Under the pieces are notes generated by a model. The model saw only the letters and a list, made by a program, of their open reading frames with translations. It was not told the DNA's origin and searched no databases. Shown here piece by piece: positions 1-9,249 of a DNA stretch of 64,000 bases. This stretch comes from a virus: positions 103,866-167,865 of IMG/VR virus record IMGVR_UViG_3300050034_000187; one strand, given 5' to 3'. Within the stretch, counting starts at the first letter, position 1. Each line of letters begins with the position of its first letter. The translations under genes and the position numbers were made by a program.

Positions 1-85
1 TCCTGCTTCATCGATATAGCTTTCATATCTCCACAGGCATTTTTACTGGTGACAATTCCTGCCATACCAATCTTTAAAATATTAA
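1..85 (-). mobile_element. Orphan copy of the tnpB 3' end/omegaRNA region of the element at 57377-58618 (continues left of the window)
   Basis: 82/85 nt identical to 57409-57493; identity stops abruptly at ATTAA. Confidence 0.85.
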
Positions 86-190
86 AACTGGAGTTTGACT
101 ACTAACATATATAACATTGTTATGAGAATATTTTGAACCATGCGTAAGTTTTGCTTTTAATATAAAACTATCTCTCGTATCTTTTTCCAT
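74..190 (-). pseudogene. Truncated homing-endonuclease-associated repeat ORF (38 aa) fused to the tnpB remnant
   Basis: Translates MEKDTRDSFILKAKLTHGSKYSHNNVIYVSSQTPVLIF*, resembling the FIxKAxxxHGxKYxYxxVxY repeat of phage HNH proteins; TAAATA-N5-ATG upstream. Confidence 0.55.
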
Positions 191-207
191 ACCTATATTT
201 AACAACT

Positions 208-215
208 ATAAATAC
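208..215 (+). promoter_or_regulatory. T4-type late promoter TATAAATA
   Basis: Perfect consensus followed by AAGGAG and ATG at 233. Confidence 0.7.
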
Positions 216-232
216 TCGCATCAAGGAGAATT

Positions 233-1159
233 ATGCAACTTCAAGTTACAAAAGAACAAATTGAATTTCTGCGCACTCAACATCTAGCAATTATGACTCC
301 CATGTATGGTGGTCTTTGTTATTCAAATTATGTCTCCGCTCTATTAGAACTCAACAAAATTGCGTTACAAATTGGTATGAAAATTTCTTTTATGCCGCTA
401 GTAAATGAGTCACTCATCCCCCGGGCGAGAAATACTTTGGTCGCAAGAGCATTAATGGATGAATCAGTTACTAAGCTATTATTCATTGATGCCGATATTT
501 CATTTACCCCATTTCAGATTATTCAAATGATGCTTCATGAGAAGGAAGTAATTGGTGGATTATATCCAAAGAAAACTCTTCCTATTGATTATGTTGTTAA
601 TGTTGATCCAATTGCGGTTGATGCCGAAGGGAAGATTAAAAACAAAGATGGATTGATTCCGGTTACTCGCATGGGAACTGGCATGATGATGATTGATAGA
701 TCAGTTTTTGAAAAGTTAATGGTTGCCTTTCCCACTCTTCAATTTAATAACAATATTGGTCAACCTCCCGAGATTAATAAGTATATGTATGCATTTTTTG
801 ATTGCTGGATTACTACTGATAAGACGCGGGAATATGTGTCAGAGGATTGGGCATTCTGCCAATTGGTTCGTTCAATCGGAATTGAGATTTGGATGGATCA
901 ATCGATTCGATGTGATCACACCGGCACATTTACTTATCCAGCATTTCCAGATGCTCTTTATCAACGATTTGGGATTGAAACCGCCAAGGATGATAAAAAA
1001 TATGCTCCGCATATTGCCGTCCGCCCAGATGAAGTTGATGAAAACGGAAAAATTGCAATGCCAACTCAGCCAGACTTAGATGCCCTAAAGAAATGGGAAG
1101 AAAGTAAAACTAAAAAAATTGAAATTGCAGAATGCTTTGGAAATATTAAAATTGTATAA
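233..1159 (+). CDS. Phage glycosyltransferase (GT-A fold)
   Basis: ESLIPRARN, LFIDADI (DxD) and SEDWAFC motifs. Confidence 0.8.
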   Translation: MQLQVTKEQIEFLRTQHLAIMTPMYGGLCYSNYVSALLELNKIALQIGMKISFMPLVNESLIPRARNTLVARALMDESVTKLLFIDADISFTPFQIIQMMLHEKEVIGGLYPKKTLPIDYVVNVDPIAVDAEGKIKNKDGLIPVTRMGTGMMMIDRSVFEKLMVAFPTLQFNNNIGQPPEINKYMYAFFDCWITTDKTREYVSEDWAFCQLVRSIGIEIWMDQSIRCDHTGTFTYPAFPDALYQRFGIETAKDDKKYAPHIAVRPDEVDENGKIAMPTQPDLDALKKWEESKTKKIEIAECFGNIKIV

Positions 1160-1162
1160 GAT

Positions 1163-1185
1163 AAGGGCCATTAAAATGGCCCTTT
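1163..1185 (+). terminator. Intrinsic terminator hairpin
   Basis: AAGGGCCAT-taaa-ATGGCCCTT followed by a short T run. Confidence 0.7.
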
Positions 1186-1373
1186 CGTTTGGAGAAAAAT
1201 ATGATTAAAAGATTAATAGGCGCTCATAGATTTTTCATTGAGAAAAGTCCACATTATCTTTTTGATAATTACAAAGAATATAAGAAATATAAAAGAGAAT
1301 ATTACTTTAATTTCTCTCTTGCATATGTCAGATTTATGTGGTATACTATTAAAGATGAATGGAAAGGATACTC

Positions 1374-2537
1374 ATGGAAAAAATTTTAAATAGTGAATTA
1401 AATAAGTGGTTATATTCGTCACCTAATCAGGATGATTCAATGTGTAGCAAACTAATTCCTTATTTGGAATATCTTGCTAATACAAAGATGAGTAAAATTA
1501 GATTTTTTACTCGGCTAGAATCCGTGTTTTCAATTCAGTTCATAGATGATTCAAACACCGAAAGTTGCTTTACTTTTTCTTTTCCGCCATTGGACGATGC
1601 AACGTATTTTGATGAAACTTTAATTAAATACAATCTAATTCCAAAAAAATACTATAAGGAATTCAAGAATAAGATTTTTGGGAAAATTAGCTCATTTTAT
1701 AAAGTGGGAGATATTATTCAATATGCAGATGGAATTGGGCGCATTGTTGAGAGCGAATATTTTCCAGAAATTAAACAGTCTGATCTAGTAGACCTGCAAC
1801 CTCGTTCATCTCTTTGGGGATACGCAATTGATAATGGAATTGAGCGAGATTATATTCATCTTATTAGTCTTAAAGAAGATGATATTTTGCAGAAGGCAAA
1901 CAAGGCTATCGCTGATAATTTTGCAAAATCTTATCCAGAAAAAGACTTTTCCAAAGAGAGAGAAGATTATTACTCCGAGAAAACCAAGCTCAAGAAACAG
2001 CGAACTGATGAAATTGCCGCAATGAAAGATGTTCAATATAATACGGGAGATTTTTTATTTATTCCAGATGATATTGGCGGATTTCATATGATCATCGAGA
2101 TTGTTGAAATGAAGGATAACTCCATTAAGTATAATACCAGATTTGTTGGTGGAAATACCGGCAAACCAATCACTCTTACTTCTCCCGATTCCATTATGGA
2201 TAAGTGGAGAGAAACTGTTACCAAAAAACTTTCATCAGAAGAAGCTGATACATTTATGAAAGATGGGCGCGATCCTATCTATGATTGGAATCGAAAAGAT
2301 ATTCGGCATGGTGGGGAAGCTTCAAAAAAGGAAACTAAAATTGTTGCTGGTGATCATTATCAATTGGCAATGAACGGCATGGAGTTTGTTTATGAGATTA
2401 TCAAAGTAACTGAAAAGGAAGTTACTTATAAATCTAGAATTTCCTCAACTAAAAAATGGGGAAAGAAAATTGTAAAACCTCTTATTCCATTTGAAAAATG
2501 GTTATCCAATGGAGTTAGCAAAGTTACCGAAAAATAA
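1374..2537 (+). CDS. Hypothetical protein with SH3/KOW-like repeats
   Basis: Long ORF; YKVGDII, YNTGDFL and IVAGDHY repeats; AAGGA before ATG 1374. Confidence 0.6.
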   Translation: MEKILNSELNKWLYSSPNQDDSMCSKLIPYLEYLANTKMSKIRFFTRLESVFSIQFIDDSNTESCFTFSFPPLDDATYFDETLIKYNLIPKKYYKEFKNKIFGKISSFYKVGDIIQYADGIGRIVESEYFPEIKQSDLVDLQPRSSLWGYAIDNGIERDYIHLISLKEDDILQKANKAIADNFAKSYPEKDFSKEREDYYSEKTKLKKQRTDEIAAMKDVQYNTGDFLFIPDDIGGFHMIIEIVEMKDNSIKYNTRFVGGNTGKPITLTSPDSIMDKWRETVTKKLSSEEADTFMKDGRDPIYDWNRKDIRHGGEASKKETKIVAGDHYQLAMNGMEFVYEIIKVTEKEVTYKSRISSTKKWGKKIVKPLIPFEKWLSNGVSKVTEK

Positions 2538-2546
2538 TTAAAGTAA

Positions 2547-2568
2547 AGGGAGATGCCATCATCTCCCT
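2547..2568 (+). terminator. Hairpin abutting the late promoter
   Basis: AGGGAGATG-ccat-CATCTCCCT. Confidence 0.55.
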
Positions 2569-2578
2569 AAATATAAGT

Positions 2579-3463
2579 ATGGCGAATAACACTTATCAAA
2601 CAAGCTGGAATACAATTTTAAATGCGTTAACTAAAGCTGATCGTGGCGCATATAAATGCACATATATTGCGCAGGTAGAACGCAGCAAAGTTGGCACAAA
2701 TTCATATAGAGTATTACATACTTATACCGGCTCGGTATCTCCTGTACAAGGGCACCCATGGTCAACTTCTGCTACTATCTATTTTTCTGGTAATAGTACA
2801 TTATCGCCAACACCAGATGGAACCACCACTATTTTTACTATTCCAAATTCAGCAGTAGTAGATGGCAGTTTAATTATTTCATATAATGGATTAGTACTTA
2901 ATCCAGATAAAGATTATACAATAAGTGATCAAACCATAACAATGTCATTTGCTCCGAGCGCATCCATGATATTGTCTGCATTTTATATATACAGCGTAGA
3001 AACCATTGCTGGATATTATGTAGAGGCTCCCACCGGAACAATTGATGGAAGTAATGTTACTTTTACTACCAGCGAATCAGCACGCCCGTCTACCAGCCTT
3101 AGAACGTTTTTAAATGGCCTTCTGTTAGTACCAATCACAGACTATACTTATTCCGGGACTACTATTACTTCAAATATAACCATTCCATCCGGAGAATTGC
3201 TTTTATGTGAATACCGAACAGTTAATGCAGAAGAAGGTGGATATACATTTGTAGATTATGAAATTCCGTCAGGAACTATTAATGGGAGCAACACTACCTT
3301 TACCTTGGTCAATGCGCCATCACCAACTGATTATACTCAAATTTTTTATCGAGGAGAATTGTTGACATTGGGAGATGATTATTCATTATCAGATTCCACT
3401 ATCACTTTTAATTTTGCTCCAATAACAGGATCATATCTATATGCATTCTACGTACATGAATAG
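2579..3463 (+). CDS. Virion structural protein with three beta-rich repeats
   Basis: Thr/Ser-rich repeats GTIDGSNxTFT ... NGLLLxxxxDYTxSxxTIT; late promoter. Confidence 0.7.
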   Translation: MANNTYQTSWNTILNALTKADRGAYKCTYIAQVERSKVGTNSYRVLHTYTGSVSPVQGHPWSTSATIYFSGNSTLSPTPDGTTTIFTIPNSAVVDGSLIISYNGLVLNPDKDYTISDQTITMSFAPSASMILSAFYIYSVETIAGYYVEAPTGTIDGSNVTFTTSESARPSTSLRTFLNGLLLVPITDYTYSGTTITSNITIPSGELLLCEYRTVNAEEGGYTFVDYEIPSGTINGSNTTFTLVNAPSPTDYTQIFYRGELLTLGDDYSLSDSTITFNFAPITGSYLYAFYVHE

Positions 3464-3471
3464 GAGTTTGT

Positions 3472-3987
3472 TTGAAAATACCGGAAATTACTACCAAATT
3501 TTTTATAGATATGGACGGAGTGTTAGCTGACCTAAAATCAGCTATAGCTGAATATAATATGGTTTCCATGGATGAAATAGAAAAATATTATTGGGGAGGA
3601 CCATATTGGAATAATATGATGATGAATGCCAATATGAGAGACATTTTTGCAAATCTAAATTGGATGCCGCAAGCAAAAGAGTTATTGTCATTTTTTAATG
3701 ATAGAGAAATTCCCTATACTTTCCTTTCTAGACCAGCAGATGAACCAAAAACTTTTGATTGTATTTCTGGCAAGATGGCATGGCTACATTCTCATAAGTT
3801 GGATGATCATCCAGTAATATTTGAATTTGATAAAGAAAAATATTCTGGATTAGATCATGTATTGATTGATGATGATCCTTATAATATTTCAAAATGGAAT
3901 GATGCTGGTGGAATTGGAATGTTATATTCTGTAAATAGATATGATGAAATATTAGACGAGGTTGAACATATTCTAAATGAAGATTAA
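3472..3987 (+). CDS. HAD-family 5'(3')-deoxyribonucleotidase-like protein
   Basis: IDMDGVLAD and LIDDDPYNI motifs. Confidence 0.85.
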   Translation: MKIPEITTKFFIDMDGVLADLKSAIAEYNMVSMDEIEKYYWGGPYWNNMMMNANMRDIFANLNWMPQAKELLSFFNDREIPYTFLSRPADEPKTFDCISGKMAWLHSHKLDDHPVIFEFDKEKYSGLDHVLIDDDPYNISKWNDAGGIGMLYSVNRYDEILDEVEHILNED

Positions 3988-4618
3988 TGAAGTTATAAAT
4001 AATGATTTAGATAATATACTTGATACAATATCCCAAGAATGCTCAGATTTTCTCGAAGAGGGTGGGTGGCAATTATTGTTCCGAGGAATTAAAAATGCAA
4101 ATTCTCCTACCTTACTATCTCAATCAAGAGAAGGTAGGAGAGCCAAAGATTCTTCATGGCAATGGCAAGAAGCAATTGATACTAAATTAAAGGAAGCTGG
4201 ATATTCTGCATTACGAAGTAATAGTATTTTCGTATCTGGAAATCAGCAAGTTGCACAAGCGTACGGAGATTTATATTGCATATTCCCCATTGATGGATTT
4301 CAATATACATGGTCCGGAGAAATCAGAGATATTTTTGCAGAGTATTCTACTGATGAATATAATTGGGATAGATGGACCAAACATGTTAGTATTAATCCAA
4401 AAACCGATCCACTTCTTGCTAAATCATATAATTTTTTTGTTGATTTAAAAACGTTAACAGGAAAAGAATTTGCAGGTAAATATGCCTTTGAAAATTCTGA
4501 TTTAAAAGATGCAATCAATTCTAAGCATGAGATTTATATACGAGGAAGTTATTATGCAATATTATATAAGAAATTAGAAGACATGGGATATGCAGAAAAT
4601 TGGAGGCTATTTCTTTAA
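3977..4618 (+). CDS. Putative ADP-ribosyltransferase-fold protein (paralog 1)
   Basis: LFRG, SIFVS, YCIFP and HEIY; MKINEV N-terminus. Confidence 0.5.
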   Translation: MKINEVINNDLDNILDTISQECSDFLEEGGWQLLFRGIKNANSPTLLSQSREGRRAKDSSWQWQEAIDTKLKEAGYSALRSNSIFVSGNQQVAQAYGDLYCIFPIDGFQYTWSGEIRDIFAEYSTDEYNWDRWTKHVSINPKTDPLLAKSYNFFVDLKTLTGKEFAGKYAFENSDLKDAINSKHEIYIRGSYYAILYKKLEDMGYAENWRLFL

Positions 4619-5178
4619 TGAAAATTTTAATAATTTTATCGGGAGGGTATCATCCAATTTCACCACACCATGTTTATCTGTGGAATAAATTAAATAATGA
4701 ATTCCCATCTGCTGATATTTTCTTAGCTGCCAGTAATAATACAAAAACTCGTCCATTTCCGTTTATATGCAAACAATTTTTAGCAAGTCAAGCAGGAATT
4801 CCATCAAATCATTTTATTCAGGTGTCTCAACCTTATAAACCCATTGAAATTACGTCTTGCTATGATCCAGCAAAAACTATCTTAATTATGCCGCTTTCTT
4901 CAAAAGATTCTAATAGATTTATAATGAATTCTTCTAGTTACTTTCAACCATTTTCTCAAATTGATGATTGTACTGCGATGAATAATCATGGTTATATAAT
5001 GAATATTCCTTCTATTAAATATCATTTAAATGGCTCCATTATATCATCGGCAAGTCAAATAAGAGATATGTATCATACTTCTAAAAATAAAAGTGAATTT
5101 CTAAAAATGTTATATCCTCATTGTACCGACTTATATAAAATAAAACAAATTTTTGATGCTGTTCTTGGGAATGCTTAA
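4618..5178 (+). CDS. Cytidylyltransferase/nucleotidyltransferase-like protein
   Basis: GGYHPISPHH (HxGH variant), PFPF and ISSASQIR motifs. Confidence 0.7.
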   Translation: MKILIILSGGYHPISPHHVYLWNKLNNEFPSADIFLAASNNTKTRPFPFICKQFLASQAGIPSNHFIQVSQPYKPIEITSCYDPAKTILIMPLSSKDSNRFIMNSSSYFQPFSQIDDCTAMNNHGYIMNIPSIKYHLNGSIISSASQIRDMYHTSKNKSEFLKMLYPHCTDLYKIKQIFDAVLGNA

Positions 5179-5205
5179 TGCATTCCCATTTTGTTAAATA
5201 CTATT

Positions 5206-5412
5206 ATGAAAATATCTGAAGTAGTTAAACATATCTTTCCAAAACATATCAAGAAAATTGATTGTGAAAATTGTAGTGGAACTGGCTTCGTAAAAGGCAG
5301 CAGAGATGGGAAAAGCTATTCCAAGAAATGTCCAACTTGCCATGGTTGGGGATGGTTCCCGGAAAAAAGCGAACCGGACATTCAAAAAATTCGAGCAAAT
5401 GATAAAGATTAA
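5206..5412 (+). CDS. Small DnaJ-type zinc-finger protein
   Basis: CENCSGTG and CPTCHGWG; leaderless late start. Confidence 0.7.
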   Translation: MKISEVVKHIFPKHIKKIDCENCSGTGFVKGSRDGKSYSKKCPTCHGWGWFPEKSEPDIQKIRANDKD

Positions 5413-5435
5413 TAAATACCGATAGGAGATTTATA

Positions 5436-5870
5436 ATGGATAATTTCAAAATTAGATTAAGAATTTTAAGTGCATCAGTTTTTTGCTTATATTTAAAAAC
5501 ACACAATTATCATTTGAACACCATCGGCCCCTCGTTTTATCAAATCCATTTACTTTTAGATAATCAATGGAAATTTTTAATAGACAGTTGGGATTCGTTA
5601 TCTGAGCAAATTCGAGCATTGGATATGTATGCTCCAGCAACGTTGCATGAATTTTCAACTTTATCAGCGGTGCAAGATGGCAAGCAAAATACAGAAGCAT
5701 ACGAAATGCTTCGAGAATTATTGATTGATAATGAAAGAGTTTTACAATTATATACAGAAGTCAATGATATGGCTACCGGGCATATTGGCTTACAAAATTT
5801 AATTACAACCAATGCGCAAGAACATGAAAAAATGTGTTTCTTTCTACGAAGCATGATTGGTAAAAAATAA
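5436..5870 (+). CDS. dps: Dps/ferritin-like protein
   Basis: LKTHNYHLNTIGPSFYQIH ... DSLSEQIRAL ... HEK motifs. Confidence 0.85.
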   Translation: MDNFKIRLRILSASVFCLYLKTHNYHLNTIGPSFYQIHLLLDNQWKFLIDSWDSLSEQIRALDMYAPATLHEFSTLSAVQDGKQNTEAYEMLRELLIDNERVLQLYTEVNDMATGHIGLQNLITTNAQEHEKMCFFLRSMIGKK

Positions 5871-6589
5871 TGAGATTAAAAGAATTTTGCGGAACTAGCT
5901 CAGGAAGTATTTCAACGGGAATGGCATCTGGTTCAATCCCAGATGGTCAATTCTTTGGCGGAGATCCAGCATCTTCAATTTACCCATCCATAAAAAAGCA
6001 TAGGGATGATCGGGAAGAAGTTGTTGATGAAACCAGCAAGAAGATGGGTCCGCAGAAGCATCCGAAGGCTCTAGGACCGACTGAGAAGGTTAAAAAGGTA
6101 TCACCCCTGCTCGGAACTAATAAGAACGTCATAGCCACTGACAAATTCGTTGGGGAAAGCGCCCATTTAGGAAAAGCTGGATTTATTCCGTATTATAAAG
6201 ATGGGAAGGATATCTTCATGAAATTTGTTATTTCGTCTGATCCAGAATATGGTGGAAGCAAACCTATGATTGCCAAAGGACATATTGATGCGGGAGAAGA
6301 TGCATATACCGCAGCAGTAAGAGAAGCTCACGAAGAATGCGGATTGATATCTTCTAATTTAATTTCCAATACCATTAAAGTTGGATGGAGAGGAAATATT
6401 ACTGGTATGACCGAAACGGCTCCAATGACAATTTATATTGGAGAAGTTCAAAATCCAAATAATTTTGATAAACCCGGATATGAAGTATCTAAAACTGTAT
6501 GGATGACAATGGAAGAATATACTGCCAATGGTAGAAAATCTCAATTGGGTGTCGTTCAATCTTGCTACAATAATATAGGAAACGATTAA
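5870..6589 (+). CDS. Nudix hydrolase with N-terminal extension
   Basis: Nudix box GHIDAGEDAYTAAVREAHEECGL; MRLKEF start. Confidence 0.85.
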   Translation: MRLKEFCGTSSGSISTGMASGSIPDGQFFGGDPASSIYPSIKKHRDDREEVVDETSKKMGPQKHPKALGPTEKVKKVSPLLGTNKNVIATDKFVGESAHLGKAGFIPYYKDGKDIFMKFVISSDPEYGGSKPMIAKGHIDAGEDAYTAAVREAHEECGLISSNLISNTIKVGWRGNITGMTETAPMTIYIGEVQNPNNFDKPGYEVSKTVWMTMEEYTANGRKSQLGVVQSCYNNIGND

Positions 6590-6606
6590 TCGTTTCCTAT
6601 ATTATT
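6569..6606. repeat. Perfect 38-bp palindrome at a convergent gene junction
   Basis: AATAATATAGGAAACGATT|AATCGTTTCCTATATTATT. Confidence 0.95.
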
Positions 6607-7359
6607 TAATAAACCATTTCCATATTTAGATCGAAGAATATTAATATATTCTTTTGCTTTGACATTTATCAGATAGCATTTGCTATCAGTCCATAATTCA
6701 CGAGGATCATTGCTTGCTTCTGGTAATCCTTCAATTGGTACTACCGAAAATCCCAAGTTTACTGGATCATACATTTCATCTAGATAAACAATCATCTCTG
6801 CATCAGTTTTAATATTTATATCATTGTTAAATATACTAGCTGCCAAACCATCATAATGCATATCTCGGATCATAGATTGATAACTACTATCTGAAATACC
6901 ATAAGATGAATATATTCTATTCCACTCATACATGCGTCTTCCTTGAATATTAGTTAACCATATATCTCTTTGCGGGCAAATTCCTATCTTTGCACCATTA
7001 AATGGTAGCACAATATAAACTCCACCGTTTTTATCATTGTCCTGACTGAATAATTCAGCGACATGCCGACTGGTAGAACATATCAACGACTTACTTCTTT
7101 TTGGATAGTTCTGCCAACTTGGAAGATTATCGATCAATAAAGTATAATAATTTTCTGTATTTGCACTTTTTCTTTGAGAAGCCGATGGATCAACTAACAT
7201 TACGGGAAGAGTATTAATTCTAGTTCCTCGAAATATCATTTTTCCATTAGAACAAGCTTCTAAAGCATCAGAACAGCGCCCTTCTATCTTTGCAAAATTA
7301 TCATTAGCTTTGCCGTTCTTTTCAAAAACTTCATATTTTAATACTTCATTTATTCTCAT
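6586..7359 (-). CDS. Putative ADP-ribosyltransferase-fold protein (paralog 2)
   Basis: IFRG, KRSKSLICSTS, YIVLP and RELW; MRINEV start after TATAAATA. Confidence 0.55.
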   Translation of the reverse strand: MRINEVLKYEVFEKNGKANDNFAKIEGRCSDALEACSNGKMIFRGTRINTLPVMLVDPSASQRKSANTENYYTLLIDNLPSWQNYPKRSKSLICSTSRHVAELFSQDNDKNGGVYIVLPFNGAKIGICPQRDIWLTNIQGRRMYEWNRIYSSYGISDSSYQSMIRDMHYDGLAASIFNNDINIKTDAEMIVYLDEMYDPVNLGFSVVPIEGLPEASNDPRELWTDSKCYLINVKAKEYINILRSKYGNGLLNNIGND

Positions 7360-7373
7360 ATAAGTATTTATAA

Positions 7374-7685
7374 CTACCAATACATAGCATCAAAATCAGC
7401 ATCACTTAATCTTCCGCGATTTTTTGATCCATAAGTATCCGTTTGACTATGACAATTAGGACAAAGAAATCTCAGATTTTCCGGAGAGTTATTCAAAAAA
7501 TCCCCATCAATATGATCTATTTGTAATAATAAGTTATTACTATTCCATTCGCAGGAACATCCGCAAATACCACACTGATAAGGAAATCCATATTCAAACA
7601 TTGCTCTTCTTAATAATGCAGTATTTGTTCTAGATTTCCTTCTTCCATTTACCAAAATATCTTCGTAACACAATCTCTTAAACAT
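7374..7685 (-). CDS. HNH endonuclease
   Basis: CGICG ... LQIDHIDGDFLNNSPENLRFLCPNCH. Confidence 0.9.
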   Translation of the reverse strand: MFKRLCYEDILVNGRRKSRTNTALLRRAMFEYGFPYQCGICGCSCEWNSNNLLLQIDHIDGDFLNNSPENLRFLCPNCHSQTDTYGSKNRGRLSDADFDAMYW

Positions 7686-7689
7686 AAAA

Positions 7690-8478
7690 CTATTTATAAT
7701 TAATTATTTCTTGTAAAAACTGTGAATCTTCTTGCACCAAATAACTTTCTCCATTTGTCCAGACTTCATTATCATCAAAATCATTATTTAAAATAGTACT
7801 TATAGTTCCAATTTTAAACCCGGCTTGAGTTGGATTATATAACTCGGATATGAATTTTAACACATCTCCATTACAATTATTCCATGCTGTAGGAGCAGCT
7901 TCCACCGGATCATCAAATTGGGACTCTTCATTAGATAATTCATTTGCAAAGTGTTCTCTCATCCATCTATCTATATATCTTTTCTTTAATTCTAAAATAA
8001 ATTCTGCAAAATTATTATCTGGTAAATGATATTTATCAAATATTTTATTTAGTTTTACAATGTGAATATTATATAGTTTTGTTCCCCATATATCATTGTC
8101 AGGGCAAATTCCCCATTTGTTTCCATTCACAGGGAGAACAACATAACTATAGCCTCCCCCATAACCTCGTGCATACTCACAATTTGTAGAGCAAATTATA
8201 GATTGACTTCTTTTTGGAAACATACTCCATTCCGGTAGACTATCAATGATCATTGTATAATAATTACTTGTATTTGCAGACCTTCTAATAAATTTTGATG
8301 GCTCAACATGCACAATATCCGAATCTATGGACCGAATACCTCTGTATATAAATTTATTCTGCTTTGCTAAAAGCACTGCTTCAGAACAATTAGTAACTAT
8401 GTTCTTGATAGTATTATTTGTTAACTTTACTGGATTTTCCCGAGTAGTTTTATATTTAACGATTTCATTAATTTTCAT
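7690..8478 (-). CDS. Putative ADP-ribosyltransferase-fold protein (paralog 3)
   Basis: IYRG, KRSQSIICSTN, YVVLP and NEVW; MKINEI start. Confidence 0.55.
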   Translation of the reverse strand: MKINEIVKYKTTRENPVKLTNNTIKNIVTNCSEAVLLAKQNKFIYRGIRSIDSDIVHVEPSKFIRRSANTSNYYTMIIDSLPEWSMFPKRSQSIICSTNCEYARGYGGGYSYVVLPVNGNKWGICPDNDIWGTKLYNIHIVKLNKIFDKYHLPDNNFAEFILELKKRYIDRWMREHFANELSNEESQFDDPVEAAPTAWNNCNGDVLKFISELYNPTQAGFKIGTISTILNNDFDDNEVWTNGESYLVQEDSQFLQEIINYK

Positions 8479-9226
8479 ATTTTCCACCTGTCAATGTATT
8501 AAACAACGGAGTGTTCCCTCTAATCAAATATGATTTAGAATTTGTCCAGACTTCACTATCCTTTCTTCCTTCCAATGAGTTTATGCTTCCATGAGAATAT
8601 CCCCACGCAACTGGATTATATAGTTGCTTAACAAATTCCAATGGGTTATCTTTATATTTCAACATCATATTACTTAATTGAATATAATATCTCCCATGCA
8701 CATATTCTAATATCTCACCAAAATTATTTGTATAATCATTAATGAAAGCCGATAGATTATCTTCAGATAATTTACACCTTTTCCATATTCCATTTAACTC
8801 GTATATGCACAAATTATCAATATATTTTGAATTTTGAAAATCAGTAAATGAACTTATGCCAAAATTAGCATTATCAAATGGTAATACCAAATATAAACTG
8901 TTAATAGAATCAGCATAATCTATGGCATACCCATAGGAAGTAGAACATATTAATGACTCACTTCTTTTTGGATATGCCTTCCATTCAGGCAGACTATCAA
9001 TCATCATTGTATAATAATTAGAAGTCCATTTTGATTTTCGTTTTTGCAAAGTTGGATCAACTAATAATACTTTATCGGTTATGTTGTTCAATCCGCGATA
9101 TACCCGTATATTATGTTGTGCCGCATCAAGTGCTTGCGAACAGTTCACTTTAATTTCATCATAAATATTTTCTGGATTATCCACTGCTAGATTTCTTTTA
9201 TCGCCAATAATCTCATTGATTTTCAT
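8468..9226 (-). CDS. Putative ADP-ribosyltransferase-fold protein (paralog 4)
   Basis: VYRG, KRSESLICSTS, YLVLP and SEVW; MKINEI start. Confidence 0.55.
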   Translation of the reverse strand: MKINEIIGDKRNLAVDNPENIYDEIKVNCSQALDAAQHNIRVYRGLNNITDKVLLVDPTLQKRKSKWTSNYYTMMIDSLPEWKAYPKRSESLICSTSYGYAIDYADSINSLYLVLPFDNANFGISSFTDFQNSKYIDNLCIYELNGIWKRCKLSEDNLSAFINDYTNNFGEILEYVHGRYYIQLSNMMLKYKDNPLEFVKQLYNPVAWGYSHGSINSLEGRKDSEVWTNSKSYLIRGNTPLFNTLTGGKYEN

Positions 9227-9249
9227 ATTAGTATTTATGTTTAAGACCG

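Noticed and set aside
6569-6606. Protelomerase target site
   Set aside because: No protelomerase in the window and the site lies within coding ends
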